NCBI GenBank assembly: GCA_963823665.1
Contig: CAWGMQ010000003.1
Location: forward strand, 736,001 to 800,000
Length of the DNA: 64,000 nucleotides
From: an uncultured Planctomycetota bacterium
GTDB taxonomy: Bacteria; Planctomycetota; Planctomycetia; Isosphaerales; Isosphaeraceae
Direction of reading: 5' to 3'
Position 1 is the first letter of the stretch. Each line of letters starts with the position of its first letter. Under the pieces are notes generated by a model. The model was given only the letters and a program-made list of their open reading frames with translations, was not told the origin of the DNA and did no database searches. The position numbers were made by a program, and so were the translations under genes. Shown here piece after piece: positions 1-10,733 of this stretch.

Positions 1-188
1 AGTTGTGGGACGTCAAGGATGGGAAAGAGCGAGCGACACTGGTCGAAGGGGTAGGTTGTGTGCGCTCGATCTCGTTCTCTCCGACCGGCGAGTGGCTCGC
101 GTACGCTGGAAGCGATCTCACGATCAAGCTCTGGCACTTGTCGAGTGAGCGAAACCTCGTGGTCGGCCGCTGCCCGCTCAAGGCCTAG
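1..188 (+). CDS. WD40-repeat protein, C-terminal end (partial, runs off window start)
   Basis: WDVKDGKE...VRSISFSPTGEWLAYAGSDLTIKLW is a typical WD40 repeat. Confidence 0.85.
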   Translation, partial: LWDVKDGKERATLVEGVGCVRSISFSPTGEWLAYAGSDLTIKLWHLSSERNLVVGRCPLKA

Positions 189-590
189 GGGCGTTCCCGC
201 GGTGGGCCTGCCGGAACGTGAAGCGAACGAACGTCATTTTCGGATCATTGTTGAATGCACCCAGACCCCGCCTCAACAGCACGTCATGAGTCTGACGTGC
301 CACGTCCTTCCAGTCGCCGGTACGGAATGGATTTGTGACTCTGTCACGTTTGGACGAATTTCAGGGCCTCGAATCCATTCCGTCCGGTGATCCTTCCTCG
401 CATGTCGTTCATCGAGTACCAGCGGTTTCCGTGATGGTGAAGCCGCGGGTCGGCGAATTGCGGCTCACACAGCCGAGCCAGCGAGCGATCACGTTGGTCA
501 TCGGGCGCCGCCGGTCATGGTTCTCAGAGCGAGTGACGGCGGTTAAGCTGGTGGACGGGTGGCGTGGCTGTCGTGTCGAGGCACTCGTCG

Positions 591-1253
591 ATGCGCATTC
601 TCGTGGTGAGTGACCTGCACGGGTCGTTGGAAATCGCAAGATCGGCGTGCGACGCGGTCAAGCCTGACTTGATCCTATCGTGCGGGGATTGGGGGGATGC
701 GGACGAGGTCACGAGCAGCGAGCTGACGCAGTTCCAGAGGTACGCGCCGGTCTATTCGACGTTTGGCAATCATGATTCCATCGAATTGCTCACGAGCTTG
801 CAGAATGAGGATGGAACACCGGTCCTCTTGCCGCAAGGGTCGCCGCTGGTGGTCACTGGTTTGCGCCTGGCGGCGATTGGCGGCATCTGGGCGAAGTCGC
901 ACGCCAAGCCTCACTATGTTACCGATCAAGACGTGGCCGAGGCGGCTGCACGGGCGGCGAGCGGCGGCCCGATCGATGTTCTGCTCACGCATGGCTGCCC
1001 GATCGGTCTGGCGGACATGACGCCGTCCGGTCGACATGGAGGCCAGCGATGCTTTCTCGAGGCGAACAAAGCGATTGCGCCCCGGCTGCATCTTTGCGGC
1101 CACCTGCATCTGGCGCAGGAGAAGGTTCTCAAGGACGGGCGCAAGGTGATCAACGTCGGTGCGACGTCCGACGGGTCGTTCGTCATCGTCGACTTCGACC
1201 TTTCGCGGCAGGTGCTCGACGCAAGGCTGGAGCGTCTGCCATCGCGGGGCTAA
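591..1253 (+). CDS. Calcineurin-like metallophosphoesterase
   Basis: Motifs SDLHG, CGDWG, GNHD, THG and CGHLH; ATG at 591 gives MRILVVSDLH. Confidence 0.9.
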   Translation: MRILVVSDLHGSLEIARSACDAVKPDLILSCGDWGDADEVTSSELTQFQRYAPVYSTFGNHDSIELLTSLQNEDGTPVLLPQGSPLVVTGLRLAAIGGIWAKSHAKPHYVTDQDVAEAAARAASGGPIDVLLTHGCPIGLADMTPSGRHGGQRCFLEANKAIAPRLHLCGHLHLAQEKVLKDGRKVINVGATSDGSFVIVDFDLSRQVLDARLERLPSRG

Positions 1254-2722
1254 CCATGTCCGTACCCACGGTCGAACGCCTCGAGCTCACGCATGTAGCT
1301 GGCATACGTCGTGCGAAATGTGTCGTAGTCGATGGTCCAGCGAGGAGTGTCATCGGTGTGCCGGTGACAGTGCTCCTCGATCAAACGGTGGAGGAATTTG
1401 AACAGATGCCGAGGTGTTCGCAGGTTGCCCAGTGCGTCGCGCAGATAATCGTCGCTGATTGCGTCGTCGATCAAGCGACGAAGCCGCGTGGCAGTACCAT
1501 TTGGCGACGGGTCGATACGGCAAGCGGTCAGGCGATCGCTGGCCAGATCGTAGAGAGAAGCTCCGGTCCAGCGCAGAGGCTTGATCAGATTGAGCTTGTC
1601 CGGACGGGCGCGGTCGTAAAACTCCTTGTCTTCCTTCTCAAGGTAATAGGCCAGCTCGATCGGCAGGAGCAGCTTCACGCCGACGCCTGCATGCCTCAAG
1701 AATTTGTGGTCGAGGAGCGGCCAGATAAGCGATCGCATTTTGTGTGGATCGCCTTCCACTTGCTGCGGCTCGTCAACGCGATCGATGAGGATGATGATTC
1801 CGGCATAACCAAGCGTGTGGAGAATCGCCTGAAACTTGCGTAATAATCCATATCGCTCCTCGGAGCTGGGACTTGAAGCCCTGGGGAGGGGTTGGCCTCC
1901 GAGCTCGAGCGGCTTGAACCAGAGCAACTCCCAGCGGAGTGCGGCGGGATCGCGACTGAGCACACGCTGACCGCGGCGAATATCACGGGCGAACAATTCA
2001 GCACGGATCAGCCGCCATCCCCAGTAAAGCCATCCACCCAGGATGGGAACGAGCAACCACGGTATGACCTTGAGAGTCAAGAACGATGGAAAAGCCGCAA
2101 TGAGTGCGATGACGACCAGCGTGGTTCCGAACCCGATCTGCAAGTCGCGGCGCGACCAGAGCGAGCGAAAGCCGGATTGGCGACGGAGCCGGCTCCAGCG
2201 CTTCGCGATCGGTGCTTTGGTCGAGGCGTCGTAAAGCGCGGCGAGCAGTAGTAAGTCGCGTCGCTGATCGACGCTGAGGGTCGTGAGGTTGACCCGTTCG
2301 GCGTTCAACAAATCGACGAGTTTGGTCACGCCCAGCGACAGGATCGCATCCATATGGTCTTCGAGCCGCCACTTCTCCAGAACGTCGTCGAGCTTGGACG
2401 CTCCGATGGCGGTCTTGCAGTTGTCTAGAAACGGGTTGAAATCGTCGTAGGAGATGACGAAGACTCGCTCGAGAGGGTTTGCTTGATTGTGAGACTCGAG
2501 CTCGGATTCGGCCTGGAGCCTGAGGGCCGTCTTGCCGCTCCCCTTTTCGCCGAAAACGAGGGCCGTTGAGGGGTCAACCGGACTTCCGAAGAACTTATTC
2601 CACGCGGGATGGTGCACAGTGGCCAGACAGCGCCGTTTGAATACCGTGTCCGTCTGGGCGTCTTCCTCGGCGAAGGGATTCCCAGCGATACCATGGTGCT
2701 GCAAGAAATACTCGAGCTTCAT
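1250..2722 (-). CDS. P-loop NTPase with two inserted transmembrane helices (KAP-like architecture)
   Basis: Walker A GEKGSGKT, hydrophobic segments mid-protein, Walker B-like IIILIDRVDE; 490 aa. Confidence 0.7.
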   Translation of the reverse strand: MKLEYFLQHHGIAGNPFAEEDAQTDTVFKRRCLATVHHPAWNKFFGSPVDPSTALVFGEKGSGKTALRLQAESELESHNQANPLERVFVISYDDFNPFLDNCKTAIGASKLDDVLEKWRLEDHMDAILSLGVTKLVDLLNAERVNLTTLSVDQRRDLLLLAALYDASTKAPIAKRWSRLRRQSGFRSLWSRRDLQIGFGTTLVVIALIAAFPSFLTLKVIPWLLVPILGGWLYWGWRLIRAELFARDIRRGQRVLSRDPAALRWELLWFKPLELGGQPLPRASSPSSEERYGLLRKFQAILHTLGYAGIIILIDRVDEPQQVEGDPHKMRSLIWPLLDHKFLRHAGVGVKLLLPIELAYYLEKEDKEFYDRARPDKLNLIKPLRWTGASLYDLASDRLTACRIDPSPNGTATRLRRLIDDAISDDYLRDALGNLRTPRHLFKFLHRLIEEHCHRHTDDTPRWTIDYDTFRTTYASYMRELEAFDRGYGHG

Positions 2723-2876
2723 TCTCGGTGCCGCCTCTCCATTTGGTCGAAACTCGCTGATCGTTCGTCACGTCTTAACCAATTCGGTAGCCGAAGGCAA
2801 TCCGAGCTGGTTGACGGTTTCGTCGACACGGTCGTACCATGCGATGACCTGGATGAGCCATAATGTGAGAGAACCC

Positions 2877-3698
2877 ATGATGAAGCTCGCTCTTGACGCA
2901 ATCATCCGTCACCGCGGTGGTCGGTGGGGCGGCTGTTTCACGATTGTGCTTGTGCTGTTGATTGCTTCGCTGGGCTGTGGCGGAGTGACGAACGACGGCG
3001 CTCGTCCAGCCAGCATTCGCATCGCGGCGGCCAGCGATCTTCGCAACGCGTGTCCCAAGCTGACCGAGCGATTCGAGCAGAAGACGGGCATCAAAGTGAC
3101 TTCCACGTTCGGGGCATCCGGGCAGCTCGCTGCGCAGATCGCGCAAGGAGCGCCTTTTGATCTCTTTCTCGCAGCCAATCAGTCGTTCGTCGACGATCTG
3201 GCGGCCAAGGGGCTGATCGAGGCGGCTTCGGTTCGGCCATACGCTCGAGGATCACTCGTCCTTGCGGTTTATCGGGATTTCGCAGACCAGATCCGTTCTC
3301 TGGAAGACCTCACCAAGCCGATCGTCAAGAAGATCGCCCTGGCGAATCCCGAAACCGCACCCTATGGAAAAGCGGGCAAACAAGCGCTCGAGCGAGCGGG
3401 CCTGCTCAAACAGCTCGAGCCCAAGATTGTGCTGGCGGAGTCGGTGGGACAAGCTTTGATCTATGCGCAGAAGGGGGACGCGGAGGCCGCATTGATCGGC
3501 AGAGCGATCGCCGGGGCTGCGGAGATCAGAGTCGTCGAGATCGACGCCGATCTTTACACGCCCATCATTCAGGCGCTCGGCATTGTGAACTCCTCGAAGC
3601 AAACCGCGGAGGCTCGTGCTTTTGCTGAGTTCGTACTGGGAGAGGATGGACAGCGTATTCTGGCTGAGTTCGGTTTGGCGTACGATCGACATGAGTGA
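2877..3698 (+). CDS. modA: Molybdate ABC transporter substrate-binding lipoprotein
   Basis: Lipobox-like SLGC, IAAASDL, FGASGQL, ANPETAPYG; first gene of modABC. Confidence 0.92.
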   Translation: MMKLALDAIIRHRGGRWGGCFTIVLVLLIASLGCGGVTNDGARPASIRIAAASDLRNACPKLTERFEQKTGIKVTSTFGASGQLAAQIAQGAPFDLFLAANQSFVDDLAAKGLIEAASVRPYARGSLVLAVYRDFADQIRSLEDLTKPIVKKIALANPETAPYGKAGKQALERAGLLKQLEPKIVLAESVGQALIYAQKGDAEAALIGRAIAGAAEIRVVEIDADLYTPIIQALGIVNSSKQTAEARAFAEFVLGEDGQRILAEFGLAYDRHE

Positions 3699-4359
3699 TC
3701 TAGGACCCTTCTGGCTGTCGTTGCGAGTTGCGTCGGTGGCCACACTCCTGGTTGTGGTGGTGGGAATGCCGCTGGCGTTTCTGCTGGCGCGGACACGTTT
3801 TCCGGGCAAGTCATTGTTTGCCGGAATCCTGATTCTGCCGCTCGTCTTGCCGCCCACCGTGATGGGGTTTTACCTTCTGCAACTTCTCGGGCGGCGCTCG
3901 ATCCTGGGCTATTGGCTCGAGCAATCGCTGGGAATCACCTTCGTGTTTCACTGGTCGGGCGCGGTCATCGCCTCGGCGGTCGCCGCTTTTCCACTATTCC
4001 TGCTGCCGGCTCGCGGCGCGTTCGAGGCGATCGATCCGGCCCTCGAGGACGTCGCGCGGCTGCTCGGCCGTAATGAGCTATCCGTCTTTTATTCGGTTAC
4101 TTTGCCGCTGGCCCGCCGTGGGCTGGCGGCGGGCGTCGTGCTGGCTTTCGCGCGCGCGCTTGGCGATTTTGGAGCCACGTTGATGGTGGCGGGCAACATA
4201 CCCGGGCTGACGCAGACAGCGGCTCTGGCGATCTACGACGCCGTTCAGGTCAATGACACGCATCGGGCTGGCTGGCTGACGTTGTGGATCTCGCTGGTGT
4301 CTATTCTTGCACTCGTCGTCGTTCAGCGATCCCTCCCGGCGCGAGGGCTTATGCATTGA
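3691..4359 (+). CDS. modB: Molybdate ABC transporter permease
   Basis: LPLVLPPTVMG, FARALGDFGAT, GNIPGLTQT; overlaps the modA stop. Confidence 0.93.
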   Translation: MSDLGPFWLSLRVASVATLLVVVVGMPLAFLLARTRFPGKSLFAGILILPLVLPPTVMGFYLLQLLGRRSILGYWLEQSLGITFVFHWSGAVIASAVAAFPLFLLPARGAFEAIDPALEDVARLLGRNELSVFYSVTLPLARRGLAAGVVLAFARALGDFGATLMVAGNIPGLTQTAALAIYDAVQVNDTHRAGWLTLWISLVSILALVVVQRSLPARGLMH

Positions 4360-5485
4360 GCCAGCCTGGCTCGCAATCCCTTGAAGCTCGTGTGGTCCGC
4401 AAAATCCACGAGTTGCTCACGGTCGATCTCTCGCTCGAATTGGGCTGCGAGACCGGCATCCTGTTCGGGCCGTCGGGAGCCGGGAAGACCACCGCGCTGC
4501 GGTTGATTTCGGGGCTCGCTCGGCCCGATGCTGGTCGGGTGTCCGTGGGCGGAAAGACCTTGTTCGACTCAGTCGCTCACATTGACGAGCCGTTGCGCAA
4601 TCGACAGATCGGGATGATCTTCCAGGACGATCGGCTCTTTCCACATCTCAGTGTCGCCGCCAACGTCGAGTTTGGTCTCAAGGGCTGCAAGCCCGCCGTG
4701 CGTCGCGATCGGCTCACCGAAGTGGCGGCGCTTTGCGGCATCGAGAACCTGCTGGGCCGCATGCCGGTGATGCTCTCCGGCGGCGAGCGGCAACGGGTCG
4801 GCCTGGCCAGGGCACTCGCGCCCGTCCGCGCCTTCTGCTCTGCGATGAACCGGTCTCCGCACTGGATCTGGCCAATCGACACGCGCTGATTGAGCAGCTA
4901 CGAGTGGTTCAGCAGGCGCTCGCGGTTCCGATGCTGTACGTCACGCACAGCCCGGGCGAGGCCCTTGCGCTCGGCTCGCGTCTGTTCCTCCTGGAGGCAG
5001 GGCGTATCGTCACATCGGGCACTCCGCTTGATGTCCTCTCCAGAAGCGGAAAAGTGCCCGCTGGCTCGGATGCCTGGGAAGGCGTGCGGAACGTCTTTCC
5101 GGCCCGAGTCGCGAACCACGACGCGGCACACGGCGCGAGCCTGCTCGAGCTGGAAGGCGGGCCCGCCTTGACCATCCCATCCCTGCACCAGCCGCCGGGC
5201 ACGCGCGTGCTCGTCGCCGTGCGGGCCGACGATATCCTGCTGTCGTTACAGCCTCTCATCGGCTTGAGCGCCCGCAACCAGATCGCGGGTCACGTCGAAG
5301 AACTCGTTCGCCATGGGTCGGAAGCGGAGATCATCGTCAGAACCGGTCACCTGACCTGGATCGTCAGCGTGGTCGAGGGAGCTGTCGAACAGCTCGCAAT
5401 TCTCCCCGGCTCGAGGGTCCACTTGATCATCAAGGCCCGAAGCTGCCAGATCCTCTCTCCTGAGAGCAGCCCTTCGGTGAGATGA
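4356..5485 (+). CDS. modC: Molybdate ABC transporter ATPase with TOBE domains; frameshift near 4822
   Basis: GPSGAGKTT and LSGGERQR in one frame; LLLCDEP, YVTH and SARNQ in the next frame; TTG start overlaps the modB stop. Confidence 0.88.
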
Positions 5486-5508
5486 CCAAAATCCATCGAT
5501 CGGCCCTC

Positions 5509-5557
5509 TTGACAACCACTCGGCCGTGACTACTATAAAACCAGAACTAATAAACCA
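5509..5557 (+). promoter_or_regulatory. Sigma70-like promoter with possible operator repeats for the BlaI-family operon
   Basis: TTGACA at 5509, TACTAT at 5531 (16-bp spacer); imperfect direct repeats ACTATAAAACCA (5532) and ACTAATAAACCA (5546). Confidence 0.55.
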
Positions 5558-5595
5558 AATGTCAGACGGTCGGCTCGAGGCGACGCTTCGAGTTG

Positions 5596-6000
5596 ATGGG
5601 GAGAAAGGAGAAGAGATGGCGGAGACCGGCGGCCAAGGAGCTCACAGAGCGAGAGCTCGAAGTCATGCACGTGGTATGGAAACGGGGGGAATCAACGGTT
5701 GCCGAGGTACGTGATGCGCTGGCAGAGGCAGGGCTTGACCGTGCTTACACGACGATCGCAACCCTGGTGCGAATCCTGGCCGACAAGGACTTTCTGGAAC
5801 AGACCAACCAGGAACGACCGTTTTCGTACAAGCCACGCCGATCGTATCAAGAAGTCTCGAAGAAGCTTCTGGGGGAGCTGATCGATCGCGTTTTTCATGG
5901 TTCTCGTGAGCAGTTGCTTGTAAGTCTGCTCGACCGCAAATCGCTGACCGGGCCCGAGCGTGCTTTGCTGCAAGACGTCTTGCGTCAGAAGGAGAAATGA
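5596..6000 (+). CDS. BlaI/MecI/CopY family transcriptional repressor
   Basis: LTERELEVMHVVW, AYTTIATLVRILADK, FHGSREQLLVSL; start codon uncertain. Confidence 0.92.
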   Translation: MGRKEKRWRRPAAKELTERELEVMHVVWKRGESTVAEVRDALAEAGLDRAYTTIATLVRILADKDFLEQTNQERPFSYKPRRSYQEVSKKLLGELIDRVFHGSREQLLVSLLDRKSLTGPERALLQDVLRQKEK

Positions 6001-8858
6001 AGTTGAACGCTCTTGGTGTGACACTCCTCTCCAGCGTCGCCCATGCGACGGTCTTCGCGTTCCTTGGAGCGGTTCTCTACCTTGCGATCCGGCGCTATAG
6101 CCCGGCGGCGGGGGCGCTCGCGGCTGGATCGTGTCTGTCATTCATGGTGATCGTGTCGGCAGTCGCTCTGGGGCCTTGGCCGCGCTGGTGCACGATTTCG
6201 GCTCCCACGATCGCGGCGCTCCCGGGAGCTCTTGTCTCAACTGAAGCACTGGCCCTCAGAGTGGCTCCTCGGGAGCAACATGCTTCCGGCGAAGGCCCGG
6301 CAAACGCTTCTATCAGTCAACTGCACTCGGGAGAACGAAACGAAGAAGCGGAACCTCCGCATTCGCCGATGAACGCCGCTTCGAGCGAGCTCTCGCGCGG
6401 AGCAGAAGCTCAATCGAGGGGACAGCGGCCGTTGCCGTGGAACTGGCCGAATTGGTTAGCGGTGGGTTTTTTCGCCAGCCTGCTGATCGGCTTCGCCCGG
6501 CTCGGTCTGGGCCTTCTTGCCGTCGAGCGCCTCCGGTCTCGAAGCAGCCCGATCGGCGACGGGGCCCTTCTCGAGGAGATCGCGCTTCTGCGAGCTGAGT
6601 TGTCGTGCACCACGAGGGTCGAGGTGCGCGAGAGCTCGGAGCTGGAGACGCCGGCGACACTGGGCTGGCGAGAACCCCTTGTTCTTTTGCCTTTCGACTG
6701 GCGTGACTGGAGTCGCGGCGAACTGCGTGCCGTGCTCGCGCACGAACTCGCGCATGTGGTTCGAAGTGACTTTCTCACGGGATTGATCGCGCAATTCAGC
6801 GTCGCGTTGCACTTTTATCATCCCCTGGCGCACTGGCTGGCGAAGCGGCTGCGACTCGAGCAAGAGCTGGCGGCTGACGCCTGGGGAGCTGCACTCTCCG
6901 GTGGTAGCCCAAGCTATCTCGTGACGCTGGCACAGATGGCTCTCAAGCGTGAAGACCGCGGTCTCGCGGGACCAGCCCGTGCGTTTCTCCCATCACGTGG
7001 CACTCTTGTAACGAGGATCGAAATGCTGCGAAATAACCATGTCTTCTGCATCGGTCTTCTGCCGGCGCGTGCTCGCGCCGCCACGATCGGATTGCTCGGC
7101 TTCGTCGGCTTCGCCGTCGCGGGAATGCGCGGGCCTATCGGCCAGGCGCAGTCGAGCGACCAGGGCCCTGAGGGCGAGCCAGCCCAGGTGGCCGTCCAGA
7201 ACGGCTCGCGCGGCACCGCCCCTTCGCTCGACGTTTCGCTTTTGCCGGCGGAGACCAAGTTGCTGTTCGCTCTGAAGCCCGCTGCTTTGCTCGAGCGAGA
7301 TGAGATCAAGACGCTCGTGCGAGACATGGCGCCAGGTGCGCTCACCAAGTCAGGGGGGCTCGTCATCTCGCCCGAAGAGATCGAGCAGCTTGTCTGCTTC
7401 TGGGAAGGTCTTCCCGAAGCACCCGGGCAACCCGGCGGATCTCCGTTCATTCCGCATCCTACGGGCATCATCTACCGAGCGACGAAAGCCCAGGACTGGA
7501 AGAGCCGGCTGAATGCGCAAGGCGGTCCCATCGAGGAATTCCTTCTGGATGGCCAGAAATGCTTCCGCGGCCAACCTCCGAGCCCTGCTTGGTGCGCCGC
7601 CGCATTCGATGATCGCACTCTGGTGGTCGCGGTCGAAGACACCATCCGCGACTTGATCCAGGATCGACGCGTGCCGGCCCCACGCCGCACCTGGGATGAG
7701 GCGTGGGAAAAATCCGCCGACGGGCTGGTCATTGCCGCAATTGACACCCGTTGGCTTCGCCGCCGGCTCACCCAGGCGGCACCGCCCTCCGGTCCGGACG
7801 GCTCATCCCCGTTCGGTATCAAGCTCGACACGATCGCGCCTCTGCTCGAGAAAGCACAGGCGTATGTGATTTCGGTGGACGCGTCTCCGGGCATCCGAGT
7901 TGACGTCCGAGCGGTGACGAGGGGCGGGGACGGCGCGAAGCCTGTCGCCGAAACGCTTCAGGCGGTGATCACACTCGCTCGCAACTCCATCGAGGGGCTA
8001 ATGCAAGACTCTGCGGGGAAGCCTCTGGGCGACGCAATGAAGAGTACGTTCGCCGCCGCGAACGAGCTTCTTGCGCAGGCCAAGATCGAGACATCTGGAA
8101 ATGTCGTGCACTTGCAGGCGAAGTCAACGATGGAACTCTCCGAGATGGTGAAATCGGTCGCTCCCGCAGTGACGACGGCCCGAGCAACTGCACGCCGCAT
8201 GTCGAGCATAAATAATCTGAAGCAAATCGGCCTCGCGTTTCACAACTATGCGGCCGTATACAATCACCTCCCCTCCCCTGCCCTGCTGGGTGGCGAGCAG
8301 AAGAAGTACCCGTATAGCTGGCGGGTCGCACTTCTGCCATTTATTGAGCAGCAGGCGCTCTACGATCAGTACCGCTTCGACGAACCGTGGGACGGCCCCA
8401 ACAATCGAAAACTGATCGACCAGATGCCGCCGACTTACAGCGTGCCTGGCCCAAACGGCAATCCGCTGAGCCGATCGACGTCGTCGTACTACGTCTTCGC
8501 TGGTGAGGCAACCGCTCTGGGCAGCCCCCAGGTGCCTGGTGGCAAGGTTGCCGAAACGAAATTCGAAATGATCACGGATGGCACGTCCAACACGATCCTG
8601 GCTGTCGAGTGGGACGGGAACATACCCTGGACCAAACCCGCTGACATCCCATTTGATCCCGGCGGCGCAGTTCCTGCGATCGGCGGTTTCTGGCCCGACG
8701 CATTCAACGCACTCCTGTGCGATGGTTCGGTGCGCGAGTTCCCGAAACAGCTCGCCCCGGAGACATTGAAAGCTCTGATCACCCGGGCCGGCCGTGAAGT
8801 CATTCAGGCTGACACACTTGCTCCTGGTCAGACGCGTCCGCCTGCTGCGAAACCATAA
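5997..8858 (+). CDS. BlaR1/M56 peptidase sensor fused to a C-terminal DUF1559 domain
   Basis: HELAH zinc motif, RLEQELAAD and TM helices; C-terminal NNLKQIGLAFHNY, SWRVALLPF, ITDGTSNTI, CDGSVR. Confidence 0.9.
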   Translation: MKLNALGVTLLSSVAHATVFAFLGAVLYLAIRRYSPAAGALAAGSCLSFMVIVSAVALGPWPRWCTISAPTIAALPGALVSTEALALRVAPREQHASGEGPANASISQLHSGERNEEAEPPHSPMNAASSELSRGAEAQSRGQRPLPWNWPNWLAVGFFASLLIGFARLGLGLLAVERLRSRSSPIGDGALLEEIALLRAELSCTTRVEVRESSELETPATLGWREPLVLLPFDWRDWSRGELRAVLAHELAHVVRSDFLTGLIAQFSVALHFYHPLAHWLAKRLRLEQELAADAWGAALSGGSPSYLVTLAQMALKREDRGLAGPARAFLPSRGTLVTRIEMLRNNHVFCIGLLPARARAATIGLLGFVGFAVAGMRGPIGQAQSSDQGPEGEPAQVAVQNGSRGTAPSLDVSLLPAETKLLFALKPAALLERDEIKTLVRDMAPGALTKSGGLVISPEEIEQLVCFWEGLPEAPGQPGGSPFIPHPTGIIYRATKAQDWKSRLNAQGGPIEEFLLDGQKCFRGQPPSPAWCAAAFDDRTLVVAVEDTIRDLIQDRRVPAPRRTWDEAWEKSADGLVIAAIDTRWLRRRLTQAAPPSGPDGSSPFGIKLDTIAPLLEKAQAYVISVDASPGIRVDVRAVTRGGDGAKPVAETLQAVITLARNSIEGLMQDSAGKPLGDAMKSTFAAANELLAQAKIETSGNVVHLQAKSTMELSEMVKSVAPAVTTARATARRMSSINNLKQIGLAFHNYAAVYNHLPSPALLGGEQKKYPYSWRVALLPFIEQQALYDQYRFDEPWDGPNNRKLIDQMPPTYSVPGPNGNPLSRSTSSYYVFAGEATALGSPQVPGGKVAETKFEMITDGTSNTILAVEWDGNIPWTKPADIPFDPGGAVPAIGGFWPDAFNALLCDGSVREFPKQLAPETLKALITRAGREVIQADTLAPGQTRPPAAKP

Positions 8859-9005
8859 GCGGAATCGCTCGAATAAACCCGCCGACGCAGGCCGAACCCT
8901 CAGGCCGATCGCGCTTTGCTTCCACGAGTGCGATCGGCCTGAATTGCGCACTCGAGAACTCGCAACCTGCCAAGCTCGTCGGGAAGGTGGTATATTAAGT
9001 GGCTT

Positions 9006-10721
9006 ATGGCACACGTCGACGCGACGACCGAGCGAAGCTCGAGTCCTGAAGCAGCCACGGGTCAACCGTCGACCGCAGGTACTTTCCTGCCCACAAGAAG
9101 GGTCATACCCGCCTACGGCTCCGAGCTTGCTACCGAAACCCGATGGCTGCTCCAGCTCAGGCTCAGGGCTGCATCGCTCGTCCTCGTGGTGGGCTTCAGC
9201 CTGTTCCTCTCCCGGTCATTCATTCTGTACAAGTTTGAGTCGCTGGCCGTCTTCTTCTACGGAATGATGCTGGTGCTTCCGATTGTCTGCTTGGCAACCC
9301 TCTCGAGCCGGCACCAGCCAACGCTGCGACAGCTTCGCGCACTCGAGACAACTCTCTTCGCCCTGATCGTCGTTTTCTTCATTGCCGCGCAGTATGTCGT
9401 GATGCTGCATCGCATACGCGACAACGATCCAGAGCGCCTGGCCGGTGCGGTCAAGAGCAGCACGCTGTGGATGGTTGCTTTTATGTTTATTTATGCGATT
9501 TTTATTCCTAACACATGGCGACGCGCGGCGAAGCTGATCGTGCCGATGGCCCTCGCGCCGCTCACGGTTCCTTGGATTCTGGGGGCTGTGCATCCCCACT
9601 TTTATCAACTCGCGATCAGGGCCGCCGGTTTCGAGAGAATCAGCGAAGACGGACTGTTTCTCGTGCTCGGCGCGCTCACGGCGATCTTCGGCACCCACAC
9701 GATCAACACACTGCGGGTCGAGGCCTACAGGGCGCGGCTCCTGAACCAGTATCGGCTCGGGCGGAAGCTTGGCGGCGGCGGCATGGGCGAGGTCTACCTT
9801 GCCGAGCACCAGTTGCTCAAGCGGCCGTGCGCGATCAAGCTGATACGCTCGGACCTGGTCGGCAACCAACGCATCTTCGCCCGATTCGAGCGAGAGGTGC
9901 GCGCGACAGCACAGCTCTCGCACTGGAACACAATCGAGATCTTCGACTATGGACGCAACGACAACGGCGCCTTCTATTACGTCATGGAGTATCTGCCCGG
10001 TCTCTCGCTCGCGGAGCTGGTCGAGCGATACGGCCCGATGCCCCCTGCACGGGTGATCTACCTCCTGCGACAAGCCTGCGACGCCCTTCATGAAGCACAC
10101 GAAGCCGGTCTCGTGCATCGTGACATCAAGCCGGCCAACATCATGGCGGCCTTTCGCGGCGGCCGGCACGACGTTGCCAAGCTCCTGGATTTCGGTCTCG
10201 TCAAGACGCTCAGTGAGGACGAGAAAGCTCCCCACCTTTCCCGGGAAGGGACCGTAACCGGCTCGCCGCTGTATATGGCCCCGGAACAGATCATGCGCAC
10301 CCAGGAACCGGATCGTCGCACGGATATCTACGGTCTGGGCGCGGTTGCGTATTTCATGCTGACCGGCCGCCCCCCGTTCCGCGGGGACAACTCGATGGAG
10401 GTCATGATGGCGCACGTGCGCGATTCCGTCACACCACCGTCGCAGCTCCGCCCCGAAATCCCTGCTGACCTGGAACGAGTCGTGCTGCGGTGTCTTGCCA
10501 AGAATCCGCACGAGCGCTATCCCGATACCCCGAGCCTGGCTGAGGATCTCGATCGCTGCGCCGACGTTGCCAACTGGTCCTCCAGAGCCGCTCTATTCTG
10601 GTGGCAAGCCCATCAGGAGCACACACGCGTTCAAGCCACTCGCGAAGGCGACGCGCCGCGCTCTGAGACCACGCTTGTAGGCAGCGGCCAGGCCGCGGCC
10701 ACGGCAGATCGCACCATGTGA
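9006..10721 (+). CDS. Membrane-anchored Ser/Thr protein kinase
   Basis: N-terminal TM bundle; GGGGMGEVY, HRDIKPAN, DFGLVK, YMAPE. Confidence 0.95.
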   Translation: MAHVDATTERSSSPEAATGQPSTAGTFLPTRRVIPAYGSELATETRWLLQLRLRAASLVLVVGFSLFLSRSFILYKFESLAVFFYGMMLVLPIVCLATLSSRHQPTLRQLRALETTLFALIVVFFIAAQYVVMLHRIRDNDPERLAGAVKSSTLWMVAFMFIYAIFIPNTWRRAAKLIVPMALAPLTVPWILGAVHPHFYQLAIRAAGFERISEDGLFLVLGALTAIFGTHTINTLRVEAYRARLLNQYRLGRKLGGGGMGEVYLAEHQLLKRPCAIKLIRSDLVGNQRIFARFEREVRATAQLSHWNTIEIFDYGRNDNGAFYYVMEYLPGLSLAELVERYGPMPPARVIYLLRQACDALHEAHEAGLVHRDIKPANIMAAFRGGRHDVAKLLDFGLVKTLSEDEKAPHLSREGTVTGSPLYMAPEQIMRTQEPDRRTDIYGLGAVAYFMLTGRPPFRGDNSMEVMMAHVRDSVTPPSQLRPEIPADLERVVLRCLAKNPHERYPDTPSLAEDLDRCADVANWSSRAALFWWQAHQEHTRVQATREGDAPRSETTLVGSGQAAATADRTM

Positions 10722-10733
10722 CAGCGAGCCCCG

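Noticed and set aside
4815..4830. Programmed frameshift in modC
   Set aside because: No slippery heptamer, and similar breaks occur in many unrelated genes.
9216..10511. Long antisense ORFs (also 17606-18784, 51892-52998, 61579-62856)
   Set aside because: They are shadows of well-supported genes, expected from high-GC codon bias, and carry no motifs.
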